64,000 nucleotides of DNA from Oscillospiraceae bacterium (GTDB lineage Bacteria; Bacillota; Clostridia; Oscillospirales; Oscillospiraceae), in the NCBI GenBank assembly GCA_017622295.1, contig JAGARK010000074.1, positions 17,072 to 81,071 of the forward strand, read 5' to 3'. The first letter of the stretch is position 1, and each line of letters begins with the position of its first letter. Below the pieces are notes generated by a model. That model saw nothing but the letters and a program-made list of their open reading frames with translations, did not search any database and had not been told where the DNA came from. A program made the position numbers and the translations under genes. Shown here in pieces: positions 8,905 through 17,789 of the stretch.

Positions 8905-11187
8905 ATGATTCAGAGTATTATCAAGCGTGATGGTCGGGTCGTTTTATATGACCAGAATAAGATTGCTGCTGCCATTTTGAGAGCTATGGAGGCTTCCCGG
9001 GACGGCGATGCCGCCGATGCTGCCCGTGTTGCCAATGACGTCCAGAACGATCTGGAGCGCCGCAGTGTGGGCAGTGCGCCGGATATTGAGCTGATTCAGG
9101 ACGCTGTCGAGCGTCAGCTGATGAACCACGGCTTCAATGCCGCCGCCAAGGCTTACATCCTCTACCGCGCCAACCGTACCCGTGCCAGAGAGGCCAACAC
9201 CTCCCTGATGAAGACCATCGACGAGATCACCAACATCGACGCCCGCATCAGCGACATGAAGCGTGACAATGCCAACATCGACGGCAACACCGCCATGGGC
9301 TCCATGCTCCAGATTGGCTCCGCCGGCGCCAAGGCCTACAATGAGATGTATCTGCTCCGTCCCGAGCATGCCAAGGCCTACCGGGAGGGCGACATCCACA
9401 TCCACGATTTCGACTTCTATTCCCTGACCACCACCTGCTGCCAGATCGATATCCTGAAGCTGTTCCACGGCGGCTTCTCCACCGGTCACGGTTATATCCG
9501 GGAGCCCAAGAGCATCGCAAGCTATGCTGCCCTGGCTGCCATTGCTATCCAGTCCAATCAGAACGACCAGCACGGCGGCCAGTCCATCCCCAATTTCGAC
9601 TACGCCATGGCCGAGGGCGTCGCCAAGACCTACCGCAAGGCCTATTACCGTCTCCTGGCAGAAGCCCTGGAGGACAAGCTGGATCTGGAAGAACAGGCCA
9701 TCACCGTCAAGGAGCTGGTGAAGAATGTGGAGGCCAAGCTGGGCCAGGTTCCTGCCATGGAGAGTAGCCCTGAATTTGATGAGGCTGTGATTTATGCTCT
9801 GACCAAGCGCTATGGCCTGCCTCTGGGCGATGCTTCCAGTCTGGTTGCCCGGGCCAAGAAGCGTGCCGTCCGGAAAACCGACCGGGATACCCATCAGGCC
9901 ATGGAGGGCTTTGTCCACAACCTGAACACCATGCACTCCCGCGCCGGTGCCCAGACCCCCTTCTCTTCCATCAACTACGGCACCGACACCTCTGCCGAGG
10001 GCCGCATGGTCATCCGCAACATCCTGCTGGCGCTGGATGCCGGCCTGGGTCACGGCGAGACCTGTATTTTCCCCATCCACATCTTCAAGGTCAAGGAAGG
10101 TGTCAACTACAACGAGGGTGACCCCAACTACGACCTGTTCCGCCTGTCCTGCAAGGTCAGCGCCAAGCGCCTGTTCCCCAACTACACCTTCCTGGACGCT
10201 CCCTTCAATCTGCAGTACTATGTCCCCGGCCGCCCCGAGACGGAAGTGGCTACCATGGGCTGCCGTACCCGTGTCATGGGCAATACCTATGACCCCACCC
10301 GGGAGATTGCTTACTCCCGCGGCAATCTGTCCTTCACCTCCATTAACCTGCCCCGTATCGCCATTGAGAGCAAGGGCGACGAGAAGGTCTTCTATGAGAA
10401 GCTGCAGCGCATGATGGAGCTGGTGGCCCAGCAGCTGCTGGACCGCTTCGAGATCCAGGCAAACAAGCGCATTTACAACTATCCCTTCCTGATGGGCCAG
10501 GGCATCTGGCTGGATTCCGACAAGCTGACCCTGCAGGACGACCTGCGGGAGGTCCTGAAGCACGGCACTCTGTCCATCGGCTTCATCGGTCTGGCTGAAA
10601 GTCTGACCGCCCTGTATGGTGAGCACCACGGCCAGAGCGAGGAGATCCAGAAGAAGGGCCTTGAGATCATCGGCTTCATGCGTCAGTTCTGCGATCAGAA
10701 ATCCCAGGAACTGAAGATGAACTTCTCCCTGCTGGCAACCCCCGCAGAGGGTCTGTCCGGCCGCTTTATCCGTATGGATCAGAAGCGCTACGGCAAGCTG
10801 CACGGCATCACCGACCGGGAGTACTACACCAACTCCTTCCACATCCCCGTCTGGTACGGCATTTCTGCCTATGACAAGATCCGTCTGGAGGCTCCCTACC
10901 ATGCTCTGTGCAACGCAGGTCATATCAGCTATGTGGAGCTGGACGGCGATACCGCCCGGAATGTGGAGGCCTTTGAGGCTGTTGTGCGCTGCATGCATGA
11001 CTGCGGCGTGGGCTATGGCTCCATTAACCATCCTGTGGATCGGGATCCCATCTGCGGCTACGTGGGCATTATCGGTGACGTCTGCCCCCGCTGCGGCCGC
11101 CGGGAGGGTGAGGAGATCCCCTTTGAACGTGTTGAAGAACTCAGAAAAATGTATCCTGAAATGCCTGCATTTCAGGGAATCGAATGA
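8905..11187 (+). CDS. nrdD: Anaerobic ribonucleoside-triphosphate reductase, catalytic subunit with ATP cone, lacking the glycyl-radical C-terminus
   Basis: IIKRDGR ATP cone, IHIHDFD, TTTCCQ, MGCRT, RGNLSFTSINLPR, ATPAEG, YYTNSFH, CPRCG; no RxxGY before the stop. Confidence 0.95.
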   Translation: MIQSIIKRDGRVVLYDQNKIAAAILRAMEASRDGDAADAARVANDVQNDLERRSVGSAPDIELIQDAVERQLMNHGFNAAAKAYILYRANRTRAREANTSLMKTIDEITNIDARISDMKRDNANIDGNTAMGSMLQIGSAGAKAYNEMYLLRPEHAKAYREGDIHIHDFDFYSLTTTCCQIDILKLFHGGFSTGHGYIREPKSIASYAALAAIAIQSNQNDQHGGQSIPNFDYAMAEGVAKTYRKAYYRLLAEALEDKLDLEEQAITVKELVKNVEAKLGQVPAMESSPEFDEAVIYALTKRYGLPLGDASSLVARAKKRAVRKTDRDTHQAMEGFVHNLNTMHSRAGAQTPFSSINYGTDTSAEGRMVIRNILLALDAGLGHGETCIFPIHIFKVKEGVNYNEGDPNYDLFRLSCKVSAKRLFPNYTFLDAPFNLQYYVPGRPETEVATMGCRTRVMGNTYDPTREIAYSRGNLSFTSINLPRIAIESKGDEKVFYEKLQRMMELVAQQLLDRFEIQANKRIYNYPFLMGQGIWLDSDKLTLQDDLREVLKHGTLSIGFIGLAESLTALYGEHHGQSEEIQKKGLEIIGFMRQFCDQKSQELKMNFSLLATPAEGLSGRFIRMDQKRYGKLHGITDREYYTNSFHIPVWYGISAYDKIRLEAPYHALCNAGHISYVELDGDTARNVEAFEAVVRCMHDCGVGYGSINHPVDRDPICGYVGIIGDVCPRCGRREGEEIPFERVEELRKMYPEMPAFQGIE

Positions 11188-11199
11188 GGAGGTATTGCA

Positions 11200-11361
11200 A
11201 TGACTGTAAAATCTCAGAATGAAAAGCTGGGCCAGGGCGTTGGCTTTGAGCGTATCCGCCGCATCACCGGCTATCTGGTGGGCACCATGGACAAGTGGAA
11301 CGACGCCAAGCGCGCCGAGGAGCGGGATCGTGTGAAGCACGGTCTGAACGGCAATGCTTGA
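11200..11361 (+). CDS. 53-aa standalone NrdD glycyl-radical domain (not in ORF track)
   Basis: MTVKSQNEKLGQGVGFERIRRITGYLVGTMDKWNDAKRAEERDRVKHGLNGNA; SD GAGGAGG 7 nt upstream; 3' end overlaps the nrdG start. Confidence 0.9.
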   Translation: MTVKSQNEKLGQGVGFERIRRITGYLVGTMDKWNDAKRAEERDRVKHGLNGNA

Positions 11362-11866
11362 TCTTTCCGGCATCGTCGGGGATTCCATTGTGGATGGCCC
11401 CGGCATCCGCACCACGGTTTTCAGCCAGGGCTGTCCCCACCATTGCCCCGGATGTCATAACCCGGAGACCTGGGCCTTTGGTTGCGGCACGCAGATGGAG
11501 GAGGAGACGATTCTTGACATCGTCCGGTCCAATCCCCTGTGCCGGGGCGTGACCTTCTCCGGCGGCGAGCCCTTCGTCCAGGCGGCGGGGTTTGCGAAGC
11601 TTGCCCGGCTGCTGAAAGAAAAGGGCTATGAAGTGGCCTCTTACTCCGGCTATACCTTTGAGCAGCTGCTGACCGGAACTCCGGAACAGCAAGAGCTGCT
11701 GAGCACCATTGATGTGCTCATCGACGGCCCATTCCTGATGGCTGAAAAGACGCTGGAAGCGGCTTTCCGTGGCAGCCGGAACCAGCGGATCATCGATGTC
11801 CCGAAGAGCCTCGCAGCGGGAGCGGCGGTGTGTATCACCTCCGGCCGCTGGCAGGGCGAATACTGA
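11354..11866 (+). CDS. nrdG: Anaerobic RNR activating radical SAM protein
   Basis: DSIVDGPGIR, CPHHCPGCHN, GVTFSGGEP, RGSRNQR. Confidence 0.95.
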   Translation: MLDLSGIVGDSIVDGPGIRTTVFSQGCPHHCPGCHNPETWAFGCGTQMEEETILDIVRSNPLCRGVTFSGGEPFVQAAGFAKLARLLKEKGYEVASYSGYTFEQLLTGTPEQQELLSTIDVLIDGPFLMAEKTLEAAFRGSRNQRIIDVPKSLAAGAAVCITSGRWQGEY

Positions 11867-11870
11867 ATAG

Positions 11871-11904
11871 AATCTCCCCTGACACTATTCGTCAGGGGAG
11901 ATTT
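11871..11904 (+). terminator. Terminator after nrdG
   Basis: AATCTCCCCTGAC...GTCAGGGGAGATT hairpin followed by T-rich sequence. Confidence 0.75.
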
Positions 11905-11919
11905 ATGTTTATGAAAAGA

Positions 11920-12209
11920 TTTAAATTGCAGTTTGTTGATGAGCATACCTTCCCCCTGGGGGGAAGGTGCCCCGAAGGGGCGGATGAGGGGACCGCACCG
12001 TATTGCTGTAAAATATCCCAAATTTATAGCGGAAGTCCCCTCATCAGTCTCGCTGTCGCTCGACAGCTTTCCCCCGGGGGGAAGCCATTAGGCACTTAGC
12101 ACAAGGCACGGCTTCGCACGCCGCGCCACTGCGCCCGCAGGCGCGCACAGAGCGCAACCGCCCAAGGGGCGGCTCTTAGCGCGAGTAGTGCGATAAACTG
12201 CAATTTGAA
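11920..12209. mobile_element. MITE-like palindromic intergenic element, copy 1
   Basis: Terminal IRs TTTAAATTGCAGTTTGTTG / CGATAAACTGCAATTTGAA; internal CCTTCCCCCTGGGGGGAAGG hairpin and GATGAGGGGAC/GTCCCCTCATC pair; related to 15163-15470. Confidence 0.7.
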
Positions 12210-12276
12210 CAAGAAAACTCTGGCTTTTTCGCCTGATTTGTCGTATGATGATAAAAAAGACGAAGGAGAGAACATA

Positions 12277-13407
12277 ATGGAGCACAATCAGCGTTGGGTC
12301 AGTGTTTGGGGCAATGCGGTCAGTGTGGCGGAGAACCGTCCTGAGCGGTATGCCAAGGATATTACCATCCGTTATCCCATTCACGTCCCCTTTGAGGGCC
12401 ATGCCATCCGGCTGACCTTTGACAATTACTGCGGCACCGAGCCCATTACCCTGACGAAAACCACCGTGTTCTATGGCGGCAAATTCCGCGCCGTCCTTTT
12501 CGGCGGCGCAGGCTCCGTGACCATCCCCGCCGGGGAGCGGATCACCTCTGATCCGGTTCAGATGGAGATCACCGAGGGTGAGATCGTCCAGGTCAGCTTC
12601 TATCTGGGGAACTTTACCCTGATGCGCTCCGTGGTCTATGCCTGCGGCGCCCTGTCCGAGGGACTCTACGCCAACGGCGACCAGACGGAAAATGCCAGCA
12701 TCAGCATTGAAAATTCCAGAAAGACCCATCTGTTCTACTTCCTGTGCAATGTGGCGGTGGTGACCGACGCGGACAATCAGGCCCTGGTCTGCTACGGCGA
12801 CTCCATCACCGCCCAGGACTGGCCCGATGAACTGGCGCTGCGTTGTTTCAGGGAGGGGTATCACAAAACCGCCATTATCCGCCGGGCTACCTCCGGCTCC
12901 CGGATCCTGCGGGAATACCACTGCCTGACCTACGAATCCTATGGCCTGTCCGGTGAGCACCGGTTCCATCATGAGGTCCCCACCACCGGCGCCGAGGCAG
13001 TGATCATCCAGCAGGGCATCAATGACATCATCCATCCTGTGGGCGAGAAGGTGAATGTGTTCCGTCCCATGAGCGATCTGCCTACGGTGGAGCAGCTGAT
13101 CGAAGGTCTGAAGGCCTACATCGCCCAGGCCCGGTCCTTTGGATATAAGGTCTATGTGGGCACCCTGCTTCCCATGGGCGGCTGGCGTACTGATGCGCCC
13201 TTCCGTCAGGAGATGCGCCATGCCTACAATGAGTTTATCCGCACCACCGATCTGATCGACGGCTGCATCGACTTCGACGCGGCCCTGCGGGACCCGGAGC
13301 GTCCGGACTATTTCCTGCCGGAATACGATTCCGGTGACCATCTGCACCCCAGCCGCAAGGGCTACGAGCGGATGGCCATGGAGATTCCAGCAGAGCTTCT
13401 GAAATAA
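12277..13407 (+). CDS. SGNH/GDSL hydrolase (putative esterase)
   Basis: YGDSIT, GIND and DSGDHLHP blocks; AAGGAG RBS. Confidence 0.88.
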   Translation: MEHNQRWVSVWGNAVSVAENRPERYAKDITIRYPIHVPFEGHAIRLTFDNYCGTEPITLTKTTVFYGGKFRAVLFGGAGSVTIPAGERITSDPVQMEITEGEIVQVSFYLGNFTLMRSVVYACGALSEGLYANGDQTENASISIENSRKTHLFYFLCNVAVVTDADNQALVCYGDSITAQDWPDELALRCFREGYHKTAIIRRATSGSRILREYHCLTYESYGLSGEHRFHHEVPTTGAEAVIIQQGINDIIHPVGEKVNVFRPMSDLPTVEQLIEGLKAYIAQARSFGYKVYVGTLLPMGGWRTDAPFRQEMRHAYNEFIRTTDLIDGCIDFDAALRDPERPDYFLPEYDSGDHLHPSRKGYERMAMEIPAELLK

Positions 13408-13413
13408 AGAATA

Positions 13414-13441
13414 AGTCCCCCGGCTTCAAAGCCGGGGGACA
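13414..13441. terminator. Terminator between convergent genes
   Basis: GTCCCCCGGCTT-CA-AAGCCGGGGGAC. Confidence 0.75.
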
Positions 13442-13452
13442 GTTTGCTTATA

Positions 13453-14106
13453 TTACCAGTTTTCCTTGCGGACTTCGAAGTATGCCTGGGCGTGGTTGCA
13501 CACGGGGCAAACATCGGGGGCCTTGGTGTCCAGCACCAGATGGCCGCAGTTGCGGCACTCCCACATGACGATGCCGGCCTTCTCGAAGACAGTCTTGGTC
13601 TCCACATTGTTCAGCAGGGCGCGATAGCGCTCCTCGTGAGTCTTCTCGATGGCGGCGACGCCGCGGAACTGCTCAGCCAACTCATGGAAGCCTTCCTCGT
13701 CGGCGTCCTTGGCCATACGGTCATACATGTCGGTCCACTCGTAAGCCTCGCCCTCGGCGGCGTGGAGCAGATTCTCGGCGGTATTACCCAGCTCACCCAG
13801 AGCCTTAAACCACAGCTTGGCATGCTCTTTTTCATTGTCGGCAGTCTGCAGGAACAGGGCAGCGATCTGCTCGTAGCCGGCCTTCTTAGCCACAGATGCG
13901 AAGTAGGTGTACTTATTGCGGGCCTGGGATTCACCGGCGAAGGCTTCCCACAGGTTCTTCTCGGTCTTGGTGCCGGCGTACTTGCTCTTGGGAGCTGCCT
14001 GCTTCTCGAAAACGGAAGCGGGCTTCTTGCAGATGGGGCAGGTGAAGTCAGTGCTCATGGCGCCGGTATGGATATAACCACAGACGCTGCATTTCCATTT
14101 TTCCAT
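13453..14106 (-). CDS. rbr: Rubrerythrin with an extra N-terminal rubredoxin-like domain
   Basis: [12 protein letters not shown], then [25 protein letters not shown], and C-terminal CRNCG..CPVC. Confidence 0.9.
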   Translation of the reverse strand: MEKWKCSVCGYIHTGAMSTDFTCPICKKPASVFEKQAAPKSKYAGTKTEKNLWEAFAGESQARNKYTYFASVAKKAGYEQIAALFLQTADNEKEHAKLWFKALGELGNTAENLLHAAEGEAYEWTDMYDRMAKDADEEGFHELAEQFRGVAAIEKTHEERYRALLNNVETKTVFEKAGIVMWECRNCGHLVLDTKAPDVCPVCNHAQAYFEVRKENW

Positions 14107-14280
14107 AGTAAATTCCTCCAATGATAAAGTAAAGTGTTGCTGAGAAAACGGACGAAAGGATACTCCGCTATTGTTAGAGTATCACATTTTTTAAATATGT
14201 CAATGAAGGGATTTGAGCAAAAATACGACCGTCGGATCGGGGCACTTCCGTATCAGTTTATGCTCAAGCCGGCAGAATAT

Positions 14281-15114
14281 TCATCCGAACCGCCGGGCGT
14301 AGCCGCAGCGGCGACAGAGCTCTTCTGCGGCTTTGCCGCTGGAGAAGCCCTGATAGATGGCACTGGCTCTGTGGGAGGCCAGGATGCTCTGTAAGTCCTC
14401 TTCAAAGAGATTGCCCAGAGGGATATCTCCCTCGTGATCCAGGCAGCAGGGGACCACTGTGCCGTCACACAGCACACCGATCTGATCCCGCAGGCCGTAG
14501 CAGAACACCTTTTCGCCGCCGTCCGGGGCGCTGAGGTCGGGCCAGTCAAATTTGTCGCCGTATTCCAGATAGACCCGTTGGCCGATCCGGGTGCCACGGC
14601 GCTCTGCAGCCCACTGTCCGGGGAAGGCATCATGCATGGCCTTCAGGATATCCCGGTTTTTTTCATCGGCGCCGCCCTGGTTCCACAGCCGGTAGGTTAC
14701 GAGCTTGCTGCCCTCTGCGGCCCGGCCGAAGGTAAAGCAGCCTGCCAGATAGTCCTCAAAGCTCATGGTCAGATCGTTGGCTTCAAAGGCGTGCAGGGAG
14801 ATATTGACCTTGTGCAGAGCGGGGGCGGCAAGGAGCATGTTCTGGTGTTTTGCAAGGAGACTGCCATTGGTGGTGAGGATCACCTTGAAACCTTCGTTTC
14901 CTGCCAGCTCCAGAAAACGTTCCAGTTTGGGGTGGCACAGGGGCTCGCCCATGAGATGAAAATACAGATAATCCGTCCAGGGCCGAAGCTTTTTGATCAG
15001 CTCCGAGAATTCCGCTTCCTCCAGGACTCTGGGAGGGCGCTTTGTACCGGGACAGAAAGCGCAGCGCAGATTGCACAGATTGGATATTTCAAGGTAGACC
15101 TTCGCAAAACGCAT
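14281..15114 (-). CDS. Radical SAM protein with SPASM/twitch domain
   Basis: CNLRCAFC, GEP, TTNG, C-terminal FCYG..VVPCC..CRRC. Confidence 0.88.
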   Translation of the reverse strand: MRFAKVYLEISNLCNLRCAFCPGTKRPPRVLEEAEFSELIKKLRPWTDYLYFHLMGEPLCHPKLERFLELAGNEGFKVILTTNGSLLAKHQNMLLAAPALHKVNISLHAFEANDLTMSFEDYLAGCFTFGRAAEGSKLVTYRLWNQGGADEKNRDILKAMHDAFPGQWAAERRGTRIGQRVYLEYGDKFDWPDLSAPDGGEKVFCYGLRDQIGVLCDGTVVPCCLDHEGDIPLGNLFEEDLQSILASHRASAIYQGFSSGKAAEELCRRCGYARRFG

Positions 15115-15162
15115 GACAGTTTCTCACTCCTTTTGCCTATCATACCACACGGGGGAGGAAAA

Positions 15163-15470
15163 TTCAAATTGCAGTTTATCGAACTGGCGCGGGAGCGCCC
15201 TGGACTCCCCCCCGGGGAAGCCGGCAAAATTTTTTGATTTTTGACTCTGCGCCCGCAGGTGCGTTTCGGAGCGCAACCGCCCGCAGGGCAGCTCTTAGCG
15301 TGGAGATGATGAGGTATGCGGGCGGAAATCTATAAGTTTCCACATTGTTTTAGCCTACTGCGCACTTTCCTGCACACCATCCCTCATCCGACCTCGCTTA
15401 CGCTCGGCCACCTTCCCCCTGGGGGAAGGCATGGGTGCAGTGCGTAACAGAACGATAAAATGCAATTTGA
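15163..15470. mobile_element. MITE-like palindromic intergenic element, copy 2
   Basis: Terminal IRs TCAAATTGCAGTTTATCG / CGATAAAATGCAATTTGA (17/18); internal CCCTCATCCG...CCTTCCCCCTGGGGGAAGG. Confidence 0.7.
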
Positions 15471-15477
15471 TATCCCG

Positions 15478-17034
15478 TCACATCAGCGGGGCGGCGAGCT
15501 TGAGAATCCGTCCGGTGATTCGGGTCATCAGAGATTGCCTGCGGATATCCTGGTCGGTGATCAGTTGAGATTTCTCCATGGTGTCCCGGAAATCCGTCAT
15601 GATATCTTTCAGAGCCGGGACCTTATAAAGATAGGCACCGCATTCAAAATGGTGGTACAGGCTTCGGTAATCCAGATTGATGGTGCCCACCACCGCGTGG
15701 ATGTCATCGCTGAGGAAGACCTTGGCATGGACAAAGCCCGGGGTGTATTCGTAGATCTTCACACCGGCGTCAAAAAGCGCCCGGTAGTGGCTTTTTGCCA
15801 GAACGAAGGCATACTTCTTGTCCGGGATGTGGGGCAGAATCAGCCGGACGTCCACGCCCCGCTTGGCGGCGAAGGTCAATCCGGTGAGCATTTCGTTATC
15901 CAATATTAGGTATGGGGTCATGATGTAAACATAGTCCTTCGCCTGGTTCAGGATGTTCAGATACACCATTTCGCCCACATTTTCATTGTCCATGGGGCTG
16001 TCACCGTAGGGCATGACATATCCTGAGCCGGTATTCACACTTTGAGGAAGCGTCAGATAGGGCCCGAAGACCCGCTCTTTCTCATTGTGGTTCCACATCT
16101 GAAGAAACATCAGGGTGAAGCCCTGTGCCGCTTCGCCCCGGACCATTACGGCGGTGTCCTTCCAGTGGCCGTAGACGGTCTCTTTGTTGATGTAGCGGTC
16201 TTCCAGATTGATGCCGCCGGTGAAGGCGACAGTGCCGTCGATGACTGTGATCTTACGGTGGTCCCGGTTATTGTAGTGAGTGGATACAAAGGGGCGTACC
16301 GGGGAGAACATCTTGCATTGGATGCCCAGGTTTTGAAGCTGCTTGGGGTAACCGTAGGGCAGCTGGGCCAGTGCGGCAGTACCGTCGTACAGCACCCGAA
16401 CTTCGACGCCCTGCTGAACTTTTCGGGACAGGATTTCCAGAATTTTGCCCCACATATATCCTGGAGCCAAGGAAAAATACTCCATAAAAATGAACTTTTC
16501 AGCCTTTTCCAGCTGTATAAGCATTTCCTGAAACATATCCTCGCCCAGAGGGAAGTATTGTACGTCGGAGCCTGCGTAGATGGGGAAATTGCCGTGACAT
16601 TCCATGTAGTGGACCAGGTTGTGAAGATTCCGGTCCGTAAGCTTCAGCTTTTCTTTCAGCTCCGCACGGGGCGGGAGGTATTTCCGGCTGTCTGCCATGC
16701 TGGAATCCACCATCTTCCGGACCATCCTGTGGCCAATTTCCAGCCGGACGAAGAAATACAGCAGCATTCCGAAAACCGGCAGCAGAGCGATGATGACGCA
16801 CCAGCTCAGCTTGATGGCAGGGTTCTCTCCGCTGTTGAGCACATGAAGCAGCATCAGGGCGGTAAAAACCTCCACACCGCCGAACAGCAGCGGCAGATCC
16901 CGGAAAACATCATACAACCGGGCGAAAACCAGCAAAAACTGCATCACCATCAGAAGCAGGATCAGCATGCTACGGCCAAAAATGATGCGTAGTATTCCAC
17001 GTTTGCCGCTGCGCACCAGACGGCTTCCATCCAT
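15478..17034 (-). CDS. cls: Cardiolipin synthase
   Basis: Two HKD motifs (HRKITVID, HAKVFLSD) and N-terminal TM segments. Confidence 0.92.
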   Translation of the reverse strand: MDGSRLVRSGKRGILRIIFGRSMLILLLMVMQFLLVFARLYDVFRDLPLLFGGVEVFTALMLLHVLNSGENPAIKLSWCVIIALLPVFGMLLYFFVRLEIGHRMVRKMVDSSMADSRKYLPPRAELKEKLKLTDRNLHNLVHYMECHGNFPIYAGSDVQYFPLGEDMFQEMLIQLEKAEKFIFMEYFSLAPGYMWGKILEILSRKVQQGVEVRVLYDGTAALAQLPYGYPKQLQNLGIQCKMFSPVRPFVSTHYNNRDHRKITVIDGTVAFTGGINLEDRYINKETVYGHWKDTAVMVRGEAAQGFTLMFLQMWNHNEKERVFGPYLTLPQSVNTGSGYVMPYGDSPMDNENVGEMVYLNILNQAKDYVYIMTPYLILDNEMLTGLTFAAKRGVDVRLILPHIPDKKYAFVLAKSHYRALFDAGVKIYEYTPGFVHAKVFLSDDIHAVVGTINLDYRSLYHHFECGAYLYKVPALKDIMTDFRDTMEKSQLITDQDIRRQSLMTRITGRILKLAAPLM

Positions 17035-17158
17035 TGTTTTTTCTCCTCTCCTTGACATTTTTGTCGATTGGTGTTATTTTATTATACACCTGTCGCATTT
17101 ACAACAGATAGTTGTGTATAATTTGTTGCTTTTTTGTAAATTTTAAGGAGAGGATTCT

Positions 17159-17728
17159 ATGGAGCGAGAGAATCAGCGCGTCGCCATGTCCAAGCGGCTG
17201 CTGAAAGAGGGCTTGCTGAGGATGCTGGAAAACCAGGAACTGGATAAGGTGAATGTCAGCGCCCTGTGCCGGGAATCCGGGATCAACCGGGCTACTTTTT
17301 ATCGGCACTATACCTGTCCCAGGGATGTGCTGCTGGATCTGGAGCGGGATATTGTCCGGGAGCTGGGCCGAAATCTGAAGCGCCCCACCTCTCATGAGGA
17401 GGCCAAGCTATATCTGGAGGAGATTTGCACCAACCTGTATGACCATAAGGACCTGTTGCGGATTCTGATCAAATGCAAGACCGATGAGGATCTGGCGGGG
17501 CTTTTGGATGAATTGAGCCAACGGATCTGGGACCTGCGCGATGAGGTGGTTCAGATCCGCCTGCTGGATCAGGACAGCCTGCGGTTGATTTCCACCTTCC
17601 TCTATACCGGCGCATATTATCTGCTGCGCCAGTGGCTGACGGAGGAGATTCCCAAGACGCCCAAAGAGGTGGCCCAGCTTCTCTACGGGGCTATTCTGAT
17701 CCGCACACCTCTGGGTGAGAATAACTGA
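17159..17728 (+). CDS. TetR/AcrR family regulator
   Basis: HTH VSALCRESGINRATFYRHY; divergent from cls. Confidence 0.9.
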   Translation: MERENQRVAMSKRLLKEGLLRMLENQELDKVNVSALCRESGINRATFYRHYTCPRDVLLDLERDIVRELGRNLKRPTSHEEAKLYLEEICTNLYDHKDLLRILIKCKTDEDLAGLLDELSQRIWDLRDEVVQIRLLDQDSLRLISTFLYTGAYYLLRQWLTEEIPKTPKEVAQLLYGAILIRTPLGENN

Positions 17729-17736
17729 AGAGTGCG

Positions 17737-17772
17737 AAAAAGGCCCTCCGGCACTTGCCGGAGGGCCAATTT
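17737..17772. terminator. Terminator between convergent genes
   Basis: GGCCCTCCGGCA-CT-TGCCGGAGGGCC with A/T flanks. Confidence 0.75.
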
Positions 17773-17789
17773 GTCTGGTTGGCAGAGGA

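Noticed and set aside
11185-11187. In-frame TGA in nrdD as selenocysteine or as a pseudogenising nonsense mutation
   Set aside because: The position is not a conserved Cys, the downstream ORF has its own strong SD, and nrdG and the NrdR boxes are intact; kept only as an alternative to test
8944-11415. Very long antisense ORFs (also 35636-38401, 59811-62582, 24919-27051, 47139-49085, 52227-54509)
   Set aside because: Shadow frames opposite well-supported genes, expected from GC-rich codon bias; no motifs or RBS
14281-15114. Radical SAM/SPASM as a RiPP maturase
   Set aside because: No precursor peptide, RRE domain or transporter adjacent; short standalone family
11920-15470. Palindromic repeats as a CRISPR array
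   Set aside because: No regularly spaced direct repeats with unique spacers and no cas genes
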